Part shown: in pieces, positions 1 to 9,805 of the stretch
How the letters are laid out: every line of letters starts with the position of its first letter
Position numbering within the stretch: position 1 is the first letter of the stretch
IMG/VR virus record: IMGVR_UViG_3300014038_000199
From: a virus
Lineage: Duplodnaviria > Heunggongvirae > Uroviricota > Caudoviricetes
Strand: one strand, 5' to 3'
DNA: 64,000 nucleotides
The notes under the pieces: model-generated
Told to the model about the DNA's origin: nothing
The model's input: the letters and a program-made list of their open reading frames with translations, nothing else
Databases searched by the model: none
Program-made: the position numbers and the translations under genes

Positions 1-1
1 A

Positions 2-1534
2 GGTGGGAGTAGTGTAGGAGGGGGTACAGGTAATAATTCCAATATTTCTACACATATTACTTGTACTTGTAAGCCTGGATGTAGTTGTGGTTGCCCTTGC
101 AGTAAAGGAGGCAATAATGGTGGAACTACAGTAGGAGAAACAAAGATAGGATTGTCCGAAACTCCTGGATTACCTCAAGGTTTGTATTGCGATGCTTCTG
201 GAAAGCAATTAACTCCAGAAGAAGTAGCTGAAATGTATAAAACTGCTCCTAATTTATACGAGTCATTAAAGGATACTATTGGAATAGCTCCTAAGTTTTC
301 TACTCCAGAGCTTTGGACTGGTATACCTGATAATTTTAGGGATAAGTTTGGAGATGGTGTTGGTGTGTTGCAATATTGCCAGTTTAAGGATTCAGATCCT
401 TACTGGAGTAAAAATTATGTTTATGGGGGGCATGGAAATGAAAGAATAGTAAGCGGAGCCACTTTTGCAAGTTCTAGTTGTGGCTTTTGTGATTTATCTA
501 TTATAGTATCAACTATGCTTCATAGGTATATAACTCCACCAGAAATAATAATGACATCTTATGTAAGTCCGCAGTTGAGTGTAACAGCAACGAAAAATCA
601 GAGAGTTTTTTCTGGTAATGTATTATACAGTAAAAATGTTAGTGCTGTTTTAGATTGCTTTAGGTTTAAGGGAAAGCAACTATTTAATGTTAGTACTGAG
701 GGATTTAGTCAAAGTAAAGTAGATGAGACATTAAGTGCTGGTGGAATGGTAATGTTTGTTACTAAAAGTCCTTTGTGGACTGGCGGAAGTCATTATGTAG
801 TTATAAGATATAAGGATAGTGAAGGAAACTATTATACTGTAGATAGTGGAAATTGGGTAAATGGTTCTAGGGAAGGTAGACCTAGTAAGAAGAATACATT
901 TAATGATATTACAAGAGGAAAAAAGCCAGACCAGGACATTTTTGTAACACCTGGAGATGGATATGCAGATTATTTAGCTTATTATAGTTCAACTACTTCT
1001 TCTGCTGGAGCTTCTGGAGATACCGATGAAAACAGTACAGATATTAATATAGCAGGTGCAAATCAAGGAAGTGGTGCTCCAGTTACTGATTTAGACAGTG
1101 GTGTATCTGCTTTAGGAAAAACTTTATTAGATAGAGATATACAAAATGTTAGAGATTGCGGAGGTTTAACTAATATTACTTCTGAGGCTATAAAATACAT
1201 AGGGTGTCCTTATGTCAGTGGGGGTAACTCTTTAGAGAATGGTTCTGATTGTAGTGGGTTTGTTAGAGAAGTATATAAAAAGTTTGGCGTTAGTTTGCCG
1301 AGAACTTCTTCTCAACAGTCAAAAGCTGGTAGGGCAGTAAATGAAAGCGAAATAAAGCCTGGAGACCTTATATTTTATGGGGATAGCGGTGTAAGTCATG
1401 TTGTAATGTATTTGGGAAATGGTAAGATTATACATTCTAGTAATAGTAAAACTTATGCTAATGGTGGAGGAGTTAAAACTGGAAATAATATACATTATAG
1501 ACAGATATTAGCAATTAGGAGGTTTATAGAATAG
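2..1534 (+). CDS. Cell-wall hydrolase, 5'-truncated at the window edge. It has a C-terminal NlpC/P60 DL-endopeptidase domain and an upstream second Cys/His papain-like (CHAP-like) region.
   Basis: The reading frame is open from base 2 with no stop, and the ORF-track start at 152 is internal. NlpC/P60 motifs: Cys in DCSGFVREVYKKFG, His in SHVVMYLGNGKIIHS. An upstream SCGFCDL ... GGSHYVVIRY pair resembles a second Cys-His peptidase. The architecture resembles CwlT/TcpG-type conjugation-associated hydrolases. Confidence 0.75.
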   Translation, partial: GGSSVGGGTGNNSNISTHITCTCKPGCSCGCPCSKGGNNGGTTVGETKIGLSETPGLPQGLYCDASGKQLTPEEVAEMYKTAPNLYESLKDTIGIAPKFSTPELWTGIPDNFRDKFGDGVGVLQYCQFKDSDPYWSKNYVYGGHGNERIVSGATFASSSCGFCDLSIIVSTMLHRYITPPEIIMTSYVSPQLSVTATKNQRVFSGNVLYSKNVSAVLDCFRFKGKQLFNVSTEGFSQSKVDETLSAGGMVMFVTKSPLWTGGSHYVVIRYKDSEGNYYTVDSGNWVNGSREGRPSKKNTFNDITRGKKPDQDIFVTPGDGYADYLAYYSSTTSSAGASGDTDENSTDINIAGANQGSGAPVTDLDSGVSALGKTLLDRDIQNVRDCGGLTNITSEAIKYIGCPYVSGGNSLENGSDCSGFVREVYKKFGVSLPRTSSQQSKAGRAVNESEIKPGDLIFYGDSGVSHVVMYLGNGKIIHSSNSKTYANGGGVKTGNNIHYRQILAIRRFIE

Positions 1535-1536
1535 CA

Positions 1537-2847
1537 ATGAAAAAAATAGTAAGTCTATTAGTGATAATCTTAACATTAGTGGGATGCTCTAAGAAATTCA
1601 ATGATAATTCTATTAATGGTATAAATATTAGTAAATACAATGAGGAAATAGCAAATGCTGTAAGTTTATCAGATGGTATTAAAGATTCATCTATAATAAG
1701 TTTATCCGACATGGAGAAGATAAAAGATATATATAATACTAATATGGATTCTCTTGATAAAACTTCTATAGATATTACAGATGACATTAAGGGTTTCTTA
1801 GATGATTTAAGAACAGATATAATATTAAAATATAACTATAAGCATTATAGAAACGAATTTAACGGTAATGAATTTTATTCAGATAGTGTTTCTGTAGATA
1901 GATTAACTGAAGATGAGAGGGTTAAAGCTTTAGTTTTATATAGAGATATAGATAATTTATGGGATGATTATTCTAATACTGCAGATATAACTGAAGAGTT
2001 GCTAGACAGAATTTATACTACTTGTGATAGATATATACACATGAATTTATTGCAAAAAGGTTTAATAAGTAACATAACTAAATTAGGAAATATGGTAGAA
2101 AACTTTGATGGTTCTGTAGATACTAATTTTAATGTAATATTTTGGAAGTGGAACATTAAGAAATTAGCAGGAGAACAAGTAGATGCTTATACTGGACCCA
2201 CTAATGAAGAGTTAGGCATAGTTCAAGGTAGACTAATGTATGGTGAAAATCCAGATGGTAGCCCTTATATTCCCATTACTTATGAAAGTAATGCAAATGA
2301 AAGTGAGCCTATTGAATCAGATAATACAGAGTCTAACAGTTATGATGATTATGAGACATCCTTAATTATACCTGAGGACTTTTATGATTGTGTAGTAGAT
2401 GAAGGTTCTGAGGGTTTGAATTATGTTAATGAAGATAAGCTTTTAGAAAAAGTAGCTAATTTAGATAGTTCTAAGTTATATATTGAAAACAGTAGAATTT
2501 ATATAAAAGCTAATGAGAATGGAGAGCCTATACAATTACTAAATTGGGGTGATATTGAATATTATGTTCCTGATAATAAATATTTGAATTATAAAGTAAA
2601 AGATTATGTTTATTGGGATGATGGCAAATTTAAGGTAGGTTTAGAGTCAGAAGATAAGAGTGATTATAGGATATTGCGTGGAAATATTTTGAATAGCATA
2701 GTTCATTTTATAAATATTGAAGATGCAATACCTAAATTCTCTAGCTTACATGTTAATGTAAATAAAGAACTTGGAAAAGAAGTAAACGAAGGTAGGATAG
2801 ATACTCATGAATTTGATGAAACTGTACCAGACGAAGAGTCAGAGTAA
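1537..2847 (+). CDS. Lipoprotein of unknown function with an acidic C-terminus.
   Basis: N-terminal signal peptide MKKIVSLLVIILTLVGCSKK with an LVGC lipobox. Confidence 0.5.
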   Translation: MKKIVSLLVIILTLVGCSKKFNDNSINGINISKYNEEIANAVSLSDGIKDSSIISLSDMEKIKDIYNTNMDSLDKTSIDITDDIKGFLDDLRTDIILKYNYKHYRNEFNGNEFYSDSVSVDRLTEDERVKALVLYRDIDNLWDDYSNTADITEELLDRIYTTCDRYIHMNLLQKGLISNITKLGNMVENFDGSVDTNFNVIFWKWNIKKLAGEQVDAYTGPTNEELGIVQGRLMYGENPDGSPYIPITYESNANESEPIESDNTESNSYDDYETSLIIPEDFYDCVVDEGSEGLNYVNEDKLLEKVANLDSSKLYIENSRIYIKANENGEPIQLLNWGDIEYYVPDNKYLNYKVKDYVYWDDGKFKVGLESEDKSDYRILRGNILNSIVHFINIEDAIPKFSSLHVNVNKELGKEVNEGRIDTHEFDETVPDEESE

Positions 2848-2894
2848 TTAATTATAAAATAGTATAAAAATGTTAAACTAGTGTAATTTTTCTC

Positions 2895-2923
2895 TTTACA
2901 AATGATATTTTATATTGTATAAT
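2895..2923 (+). promoter_or_regulatory. Candidate sigma-70-type promoter, TTTACA-N17-TATAAT.
   Basis: TTTACA at 2895-2900, a 17-nt spacer, then TATAAT at 2918-2923, upstream of the 2938 ORF. Confidence 0.4.
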
Positions 2924-2937
2924 AGATGTAATTAAAA

Positions 2938-3264
2938 TTGAAAGGGGATTTTTTAATGAAGAAAGTGAATAAAAGCATGGATAAAAGAATAAGACTAAGG
3001 AGAAGAAACAATCCTGTAACAGCTCTTGCTGTTATTGTTCTGTTTAGTGTAGTTTGCATAGGGGCATACAATTTGACCTCAAAGGGTTCTAATAAGTCAG
3101 ATAATATTGTGTTCAATAATGCTAGAATACATGATGGAGATTTTATAAGGGATGGCAAGATTCAATATTACTATGTGGATACTGATGGTAAATTTGTAGA
3201 CATAGTTTATTTGAATGGAGATTCCTATAGAACCAATATTCAAAATGTTATTCTTTATAATTAA
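2938..3264 (+). CDS. Small N-terminally anchored membrane protein.
   Basis: Basic N-terminus followed by a TM helix (VTALAVIVLFSVVCIGAY). Confidence 0.3.
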   Translation: MKGDFLMKKVNKSMDKRIRLRRRNNPVTALAVIVLFSVVCIGAYNLTSKGSNKSDNIVFNNARIHDGDFIRDGKIQYYYVDTDGKFVDIVYLNGDSYRTNIQNVILYN

Positions 3265-3464
3265 TATGAGGAATAATTTAGAAGATAAAGACTGGTTGTT
3301 GGATAATATATGCTGTGTTTCTTGTGATATATTAATAAGTACATACAGTATAAAAAGACTTACTGAATTTCATGATTTAATATATGGATATACACCTGAA
3401 AGATTTAGCAAAAGGGATATAGCAACCAGTCTTACTAAAGGCAAAGCATTAAAAGGAGAAAAAT

Positions 3465-3761
3465 ATGTCAGAGAAAAATACAAGTACGCTAGTAGGAGCA
3501 ATTAAGAAGAACGATAGAGGAGACCATATAGCTGTCAGCAGGTCAACTTATGGGGGTTCAGATGGTTTAGACATTAGAAACTATTATACCAAAGAAGATG
3601 GAGAGATAGCACCTACTCAAAAGGGAGTTAAGATAAATTCTGAACTTGTTACGGATGTTATGGCTTTGATATTAAAGGCTATGACTCTAGAGGAATTTAT
3701 GGATTTTGAAGATACTTATGAGGCTATTAAAAAATCAAGAGAGCAAGAAGAGGGTGAATAA
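3465..3761 (+). CDS. PC4/YdbC-like ssDNA-binding protein.
   Basis: The segment YGGSDGLDIRNYYTKEDGEIAPTQKGVKINSELVTDVMALILKAM matches the YdbC/PC4 pattern (nGg.pKyDIR.W ... mgKGitL..eE..L). Confidence 0.4.
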   Translation: MSEKNTSTLVGAIKKNDRGDHIAVSRSTYGGSDGLDIRNYYTKEDGEIAPTQKGVKINSELVTDVMALILKAMTLEEFMDFEDTYEAIKKSREQEEGE

Positions 3762-3811
3762 ATTTAATTTAGGCTTTATTATATAATATGATATAAGATA
3801 AAATTTTTTAA

Positions 3812-3845
3812 GGACAGGTAGAAATGCCTGTTCTTTTAGTTTAGA
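3812..3845 (+). terminator. Weak stem-loop followed by a T-run.
   Basis: AGGACAGG tagaaatg CCTGTTCT followed by ttttagttt. Confidence 0.35.
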
Positions 3846-3858
3846 AAAGAGGGAACAC

Positions 3859-5430
3859 ATGGGAAAAGATATATTGGAGAATAAATTTGGTGATTTATAT
3901 AGTACTTTAGTTGAGGTTGAAAATTTAGAGGAACCAGAACTTTTATTCTTTAAGGGTCAGGATAAAGCAATAGAATTATTAAAGAAACATATAGTAAACA
4001 GAAGTACTATTAGTTTATTGGCTGATATTGATATGGATGGAATTGGTTCGGCTTATGTAGTTTATGAGTTTTTAAGTTCTTTAGGTTTAAGTGGTTGTAT
4101 AAAGCCCGTAATAAATAAAGATAAAGTTCATGGTTTAAGTGAAAAACATATAGATTATATAAATAATAAAGTAAAGCCTGATTTATTTATTATAGTGGAT
4201 AGTAGTTCCAGTGATATTAATATTATAAAACAGTTTAATTGTGATGTATTGGTGTTAGACCATCATAAAATAGATTATGACAGAGTAGGGAATATTGATA
4301 CTGAGCATTTATATAGTGGCAATACTTCTAAAGGTGTATATTATATCATTAATAATATATTAAGTGATTTATCTCCTGATATGAGCGGCTGTCAGGTTTG
4401 TTATGAATTTTTCAGAAACATGGAGAATAGTTTAGGTTTATCAGAGAAGAGTATATTAAAATCAAAACTTTTATATCAGATAGTAGGGGTTACCTTGTTT
4501 TCTGATGCTGTAAAGCTTAATAATTTACGAAATCAATGGTATATACAATCTACATTGTGTAATTTTGAGATAAACATTACATTAAAAACTTTAATGAACA
4601 ATATAAATAAGTATAATAAATACTTAACTAAAACTTTTATACAGTTTAAGTTAGTGCCTTTGTTTAATAAGGCTATACGAGCAGGTTATTCTTCTATTGC
4701 ATTGGATATATTCTTAAATAAACCCTCTAAAATAAATGCTTTATTAGAATTAGGTATAGATACTATACAAAAAGAAGTATTAAATTCTAATTCAGAGAAT
4801 TGCAGTTTATATGGAAATATGGTTATATCTAATTTAGGATTGACAGATACAAGTACCAACTATTCTGGGGTCATTGCTCAAAGATTAGTAGACACTTTTA
4901 GAAAAAGCAGTATAGCTTTCAGGTTAAGTGGAGATATTTATAAGGGAAGTTTTAGGGGATTGTATAGTTTAGATTACAATAAGGCTTTAGTAGACTCTGG
5001 AATAAAATGTGCTGGACATTCAAGTGCTTTCGGAATAGAGTTTACTAAAGAAAGTTTTCTTGTAATACAATCTGTTGTAGATAAGCTAGAGTCTAACATA
5101 GATAATTATAAAGATGCATTTATATCCATAGAATGTAGTGGGGGTGAAATAGAATTAACAAGGAAAGAATTTGATGACTTAAAGAGTATAGGTGGTTTAT
5201 GGGATATTGCTAAGATAAATAAGAATATATCCTCTTATGAACAATTATTAATTAAAATACCTAAAGAATTGTTAGATTTAGATACAAATGCAAAGATTAA
5301 TGATAAATTTAAGGTATATAAATTTTATGGTATCAGGAGCGTGTCCTTTGATAGTTACTTAACTGATTATGTTAAGTTGTATTGTGAGTATACTGATGGA
5401 ATTAATATTTTTATAAGGAACTTGTATTAA
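3859..5430 (+). CDS. DHH-DHHA1 family phosphoesterase (RecJ/NrnA-like).
   Basis: DHH motifs: DIDMDGIGS (motifs I-II), IIVDSSSSD, VLVLDHHKID (motif III). DHHA1-like KCAGHSSAFG near the C-terminus. Good RBS (gaggga). Confidence 0.65.
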   Translation: MGKDILENKFGDLYSTLVEVENLEEPELLFFKGQDKAIELLKKHIVNRSTISLLADIDMDGIGSAYVVYEFLSSLGLSGCIKPVINKDKVHGLSEKHIDYINNKVKPDLFIIVDSSSSDINIIKQFNCDVLVLDHHKIDYDRVGNIDTEHLYSGNTSKGVYYIINNILSDLSPDMSGCQVCYEFFRNMENSLGLSEKSILKSKLLYQIVGVTLFSDAVKLNNLRNQWYIQSTLCNFEINITLKTLMNNINKYNKYLTKTFIQFKLVPLFNKAIRAGYSSIALDIFLNKPSKINALLELGIDTIQKEVLNSNSENCSLYGNMVISNLGLTDTSTNYSGVIAQRLVDTFRKSSIAFRLSGDIYKGSFRGLYSLDYNKALVDSGIKCAGHSSAFGIEFTKESFLVIQSVVDKLESNIDNYKDAFISIECSGGEIELTRKEFDDLKSIGGLWDIAKINKNISSYEQLLIKIPKELLDLDTNAKINDKFKVYKFYGIRSVSFDSYLTDYVKLYCEYTDGINIFIRNLY

Positions 5431-5518
5431 TAAGATAGTATAAATTAAGTCTTATTTATGGTGCTTGTATTGTTATATGAGTGATTAAGAAATTAAAATA
5501 AATAGAAAGGCAAGTGCT

Positions 5519-6388
5519 ATGAAATTATTTAATAATTCTAAAAATAAGAATAGGGAAAACGGTATGTATAACACTAATATCAATAAAGGCAAGAGTTTTA
5601 TGCCTATTGCTACTGTGTGTGCAGTTACTGTAGTTGCTATGGCTTGGGTAGGTTTTACGGGCAGAAAAGCTGAAGAAACTGTTAGTGTTGTAATGATAAA
5701 AGAGCCAATGTATAAAAATGAAGTCCTAACAGAAGATAATATGATGGAATACAAGATGATTAGGGCTGAGTATGATAAGTATGCCATTAAAAGAAGTGAT
5801 GGTACTATAACTCAAAGGTTAATACTCTGGAAAGATAAAGACAAGGCTATAAATACTTTTGCAGCTTATCCCTTACAAAAAGAAAGTTTATTAGAGGCTA
5901 GAAGTCTTATTGTAAGTAGGGTAGATAACACTGATAGTGTATTATATGCTTTTCCAAGTAAGGAAATAGTAGAGTTGGAAGTTGGTGGAAGTGAGTTAAA
6001 CTCTTTTAAGACTTTCTTACAGCCTGGAGATAGGGTCAATGTTGATGCTATATTCTCTGAGCGTATACAAAGGGAAAAGAGTGATGGATATGGTGGAACT
6101 GTCATGGAAGATGTGGAAGTAAGTAAGACAGAGCCTGTTTTCACCAGTATTATGATAGCTGATATTATAAACGGACAAGGACAGTCAGTATTAGATATTT
6201 ACCAAAAATATAATAATGCAACTGTTCAAGAGCAAGCAGCCTTAGATGCCTCTGATGAGTTTAGACAGCAAACAGAGCCTAAGACACTATTAGTTGCTTT
6301 GACTCCAGATGAAAAGGATAGATATTATCAGTTTTTATCTAAGAACAATAATAAGTTCAGAATCAGTTTACCTCAAAGAATTAAGTAG
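5519..6388 (+). CDS. CpaB/RcpC-like pilus assembly protein (N-terminal TM anchor plus periplasmic-type domain).
   Basis: N-terminal TM (IATVCAVTVVAMAWVGF), CpaB-like size and topology, and a position immediately upstream of the TadZ/TadA genes. Confidence 0.4.
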   Translation: MKLFNNSKNKNRENGMYNTNINKGKSFMPIATVCAVTVVAMAWVGFTGRKAEETVSVVMIKEPMYKNEVLTEDNMMEYKMIRAEYDKYAIKRSDGTITQRLILWKDKDKAINTFAAYPLQKESLLEARSLIVSRVDNTDSVLYAFPSKEIVELEVGGSELNSFKTFLQPGDRVNVDAIFSERIQREKSDGYGGTVMEDVEVSKTEPVFTSIMIADIINGQGQSVLDIYQKYNNATVQEQAALDASDEFRQQTEPKTLLVALTPDEKDRYYQFLSKNNNKFRISLPQRIK

Positions 6389-6408
6389 TTTATGGGAGGG
6401 CATAGTTT

Positions 6409-7302
6409 ATGGGTTTAGATGATATAATAGAGAAAGCCATAGTTACTGAGGATAACGGTAATGATATCAGAGAAACCGCTAAGAAAGTTACTAAAGGCAT
6501 AGTAACTGAAATAAGCGGAAAAGATAATAATGTTATTAAGCCTGTTATAAATAATGTTATAGGTTTTATGTCTGCTGGAGGCGGAGCAGGAGCAAGTACT
6601 ATAGTAGCCAATACTGCTAAATTAATAAAGAAAAAGGGATTATCTGTAGCTATAGTAGATTTGAACATAGTTTATCCGAGTCAGCACTTATATTTTTCTA
6701 TACCACAGGAGTTGGGTAGAAATGATATTTATAGTCTAATGTCAGGTAAGTCAGAACTAGGAGCAAGTTTAGTATACTCTGGCGATATAGCTTTGTTATT
6801 AGCAAATAATCGTGGAATAGTTGATTATATAAACGGAGATGATAAGTATTTTTCAGCCAACCTTGAGAAAGCTATAGATAATTTAAGTTATCGTTTTGAT
6901 GTAGTTTTGATTGATTGTCCTTTGGATGTTTCTAATAGCTATGTAAATGCTTCATTATACAAAATAGATACTTTATATTTAGTTATAGATGATGGTGTTC
7001 AGTCAATTATAAATGTACCAAAGATAAGAAATGCTTTTGACAGATTTGGTATAGGTTTTGGAAAATGTAAATTTGTTATGAATAAAAGAACCAGTAATTT
7101 TTATAATGAGAGCAATTTATCTAAGGCTGACATTAAATTGATTGAGATTATACCTTTTGATTTAGGCATAATAACATCTGGATTAAGGTGTGAATTATAT
7201 GTAGATAAAGGAATTGGTGTAGACAAGACTAGTAAAGAAGTTGAGAAAGCTTTTAATAGTTTATGTGAAAAAATACTAAGTATAGGGGGCTATAAGAAGT
7301 AA
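6409..7302 (+). CDS. TadZ/CpaE-like atypical MinD/ParA-family protein (Lys-less Walker A).
   Basis: P-loop-like GFMSAGGGAGASTIVANTAKL lacking the canonical Lys. Walker-B-like FDVVLIDCPLD. Operon context with TadA. Confidence 0.5.
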   Translation: MGLDDIIEKAIVTEDNGNDIRETAKKVTKGIVTEISGKDNNVIKPVINNVIGFMSAGGGAGASTIVANTAKLIKKKGLSVAIVDLNIVYPSQHLYFSIPQELGRNDIYSLMSGKSELGASLVYSGDIALLLANNRGIVDYINGDDKYFSANLEKAIDNLSYRFDVVLIDCPLDVSNSYVNASLYKIDTLYLVIDDGVQSIINVPKIRNAFDRFGIGFGKCKFVMNKRTSNFYNESNLSKADIKLIEIIPFDLGIITSGLRCELYVDKGIGVDKTSKEVEKAFNSLCEKILSIGGYKK

Positions 7303-8796
7303 ATGAAACCTAGTGATTATTTAGAGTTATCCTCTAAAAGAGATGTTAAGAAGAACTTTATATCTGATAATAACGACCAGACTAAAAATATAGATTTTGT
7401 AGTTAGCGAGTGTAGAAAGTTCCTCAACCTTAACGCTTATGAATACTCCAATAAAACTGGAGATGAAAAAAAGGCAATGCTACAAAACCTTATAAATAAA
7501 TTTATAGAAAATATAAATTATAAGGTCAGTGGATTTATTACATCAGATGGAAAATTAAATGTTAATGAGTTATTAAACAAATTATCTCAAGACATTACGG
7601 ATTATGGTATTTTATCTGCTGCTATGTATGATGATGAAATATCAGAGATACAAATAAACGGTAAGGAAATTAAGGTAGAGAGAAAGGGAAGGATAGAAGA
7701 TTACAGAGATAGTTCTGATAGGATTTTATCTTTCAGTTCTACAGAACAACAAGATGTAGTATTTAAGCGTTTATTAGGAGATACAAGACTATCACCTAAG
7801 GATGCAATTTCAAATGCAAGAACAGTTGAGGGTTATCGTATAGCTGCTGTTCATCATAGTGTTATAGCTATGGATACTTTAGTTTCTTCAAACAATGGTT
7901 ATAATTATGCTGTTATTCGTAAGTTCAGAAAGCAAAAAATGCCAATACAGCAGTTGGTTAAATATGAAACTATGAGTGATAACATGGCAAAGTTTCTTGG
8001 AACAATGATAGAGGGTGGTTCCACTTTCTTAACAGTTGGACAGACTGCTTCTGGTAAGACTACAACCAATCAATGTATTTTGGATACTGTTCCTAGTGAT
8101 TTAAGAACTATACTTATACAGAATCCATCAGAGATTGACCTTGCAAGAAGAGATAGTACAGGTAGAGTTACCAACAATGTTGTTCATTTTGAGGCAAGGA
8201 GCATAGAAAATCCAACTGAAGCAGACCCTACGATGGAGAACTTTATGAACCAGTCATTAAGATTTTCTCCAACCTTTATATCCTTTGGTGAGTTGAGATT
8301 GGATTCAGAGTTTACTAGGGCTATGGCAGCGGCGTTGGCTGGACACTCTTTTAATTGTACCTTCCACGCTGGTAGTAGTCATGGTGCTATGCTAAGATAT
8401 GCTACAGCTTATGAAGCTGGTTCTGGAAGTAATAGAGAAACAGTTATGATAAACTTAACGAGCCATGTTAATTTCATTATAGTTCAAGATATAATGAAAG
8501 ATGGTACTCGTAAGATACTTCAGATAACAGAAGTTTTAGGAACTAAGAAAGATGATAGGGCTGAACCAGACTTAAATGATTTGTACATTTTTGATGTAGG
8601 AGAAACAGACTATGATGAGAATGGCAAAATAATTAAAATAAATGGTACTCATAAGAGAGTAGGAAAGTTATCAGATGCTACTGTTCGTAAATTTAAGTTA
8701 CATGGAGTTAATCCTGATAAATATTCTTTCTTGTTAGGTGATGCTACGGATGATGAAGTAGAAACTTATACAGGAGACTTTGAGTTTGGGAGGTAG
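7303..8796 (+). CDS. TadA/CpaF-type secretion ATPase (VirB11/GspE superfamily).
   Basis: Walker A TVGQTASGKTT. Asp/Glu boxes. ISFGELRLDSEF (GEIR-like). His box NCTFHAGSSHGAMLRY. Confidence 0.7.
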   Translation: MKPSDYLELSSKRDVKKNFISDNNDQTKNIDFVVSECRKFLNLNAYEYSNKTGDEKKAMLQNLINKFIENINYKVSGFITSDGKLNVNELLNKLSQDITDYGILSAAMYDDEISEIQINGKEIKVERKGRIEDYRDSSDRILSFSSTEQQDVVFKRLLGDTRLSPKDAISNARTVEGYRIAAVHHSVIAMDTLVSSNNGYNYAVIRKFRKQKMPIQQLVKYETMSDNMAKFLGTMIEGGSTFLTVGQTASGKTTTNQCILDTVPSDLRTILIQNPSEIDLARRDSTGRVTNNVVHFEARSIENPTEADPTMENFMNQSLRFSPTFISFGELRLDSEFTRAMAAALAGHSFNCTFHAGSSHGAMLRYATAYEAGSGSNRETVMINLTSHVNFIIVQDIMKDGTRKILQITEVLGTKKDDRAEPDLNDLYIFDVGETDYDENGKIIKINGTHKRVGKLSDATVRKFKLHGVNPDKYSFLLGDATDDEVETYTGDFEFGR

Positions 8797-8799
8797 TAC

Positions 8800-9795
8800 A
8801 TGGGTTCAATAAATAAAGCTTTAACTACTACTAGCGGTGTAACAGTAAGTGCATTATTAATAATAGCTCTTGCAGCTTTGTTTTTTATATTTTACATATT
8901 AAAGTTTCGACCTGGCGATTGGTTAACTGGTTTAGCTAAGCTTATACTAAAGATTACTGGTAAGAATATAAATAAAGCAGAGAGGGATTATGAAAGAAAC
9001 CTTGAGATTGGAAGATATAAGCAAAAGTCAATAAGAGTAAAAGTTTATAAGTTTTTGAATGATTTAACTATAGACTTAGACCTTAAGTCATCTGGGTATA
9101 CTCCTTATACTTTATTATTTTTTATAGTTGCTGTCAGTGTTGTTATAGCTTTTATTGTAAGTAATATTGTATTTAGAAATTTATGGTTATTTATTTTTGC
9201 TTTTCCTATTGTTTTTGCTGCTATAGCCTGTTTTTTATATACTAGGGCTAATATAGCACATGATAGCCGTATAGATGATGTTATAGCTTCTGAAAATATT
9301 ATAAGTAACAATGTTAGTAAGGGAGTTGTAGTTTCTATAAGAATGAATTTAGATAGTTTTCCTATTAAATTACAGCCTGTTTTCAGGGAATTTGTAGATA
9401 GTGTGGAAACAAGAAATACTCATGTTAGGACAGCATTGATTGAGTTAGGAAGTAACCTTGGTTCTGTATCTGACGACTTTATTCAAAAGTGTATAACATT
9501 TGAGTTAGAAGAGGAGCATGGTTTAGTAGGAATATTTAATGATGTTGTAGAAGTAAACAGCATTAAGAGTGAGTTTAGGATTTATATGAAGCGTAAGTTT
9601 GAGGAGGTTATGTTTGAGTTTATAATGGGATTAGGAATGATATTCTTTTTCCTTGGTGGTATTATAGCCTTATATCCTATGCTACAAAAATTTTATTTTG
9701 TTAATATTTTCGGTCAGATATTGTTATTATTAGATGGGCTTTTAATAGTAGATGAGTTTGTTTATATAACATATCTAAGAGCACAAGAGTTATAG
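8800..9795 (+). CDS. TadB-like (GspF-family) platform membrane protein.
   Basis: About 330 aa, with hydrophobic helices at the N-terminus, middle and C-terminus, immediately downstream of the TadA-like ATPase. Confidence 0.45.
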   Translation: MGSINKALTTTSGVTVSALLIIALAALFFIFYILKFRPGDWLTGLAKLILKITGKNINKAERDYERNLEIGRYKQKSIRVKVYKFLNDLTIDLDLKSSGYTPYTLLFFIVAVSVVIAFIVSNIVFRNLWLFIFAFPIVFAAIACFLYTRANIAHDSRIDDVIASENIISNNVSKGVVVSIRMNLDSFPIKLQPVFREFVDSVETRNTHVRTALIELGSNLGSVSDDFIQKCITFELEEEHGLVGIFNDVVEVNSIKSEFRIYMKRKFEEVMFEFIMGLGMIFFFLGGIIALYPMLQKFYFVNIFGQILLLLDGLLIVDEFVYITYLRAQEL

Positions 9796-9805
9796 GAGGG
9801 TATTA

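Noticed and set aside
1524-1787. Minus-strand 87-aa ORF, and other 60-105-aa minus-strand ORFs inside + strand genes (for example 5485-5787, 6390-6668, 13718-14035, 50822-51106).
   Set aside because: All are embedded antisense to well-supported + strand genes, and in AT-rich DNA long antisense ORFs arise by chance. No RBS signals are present.
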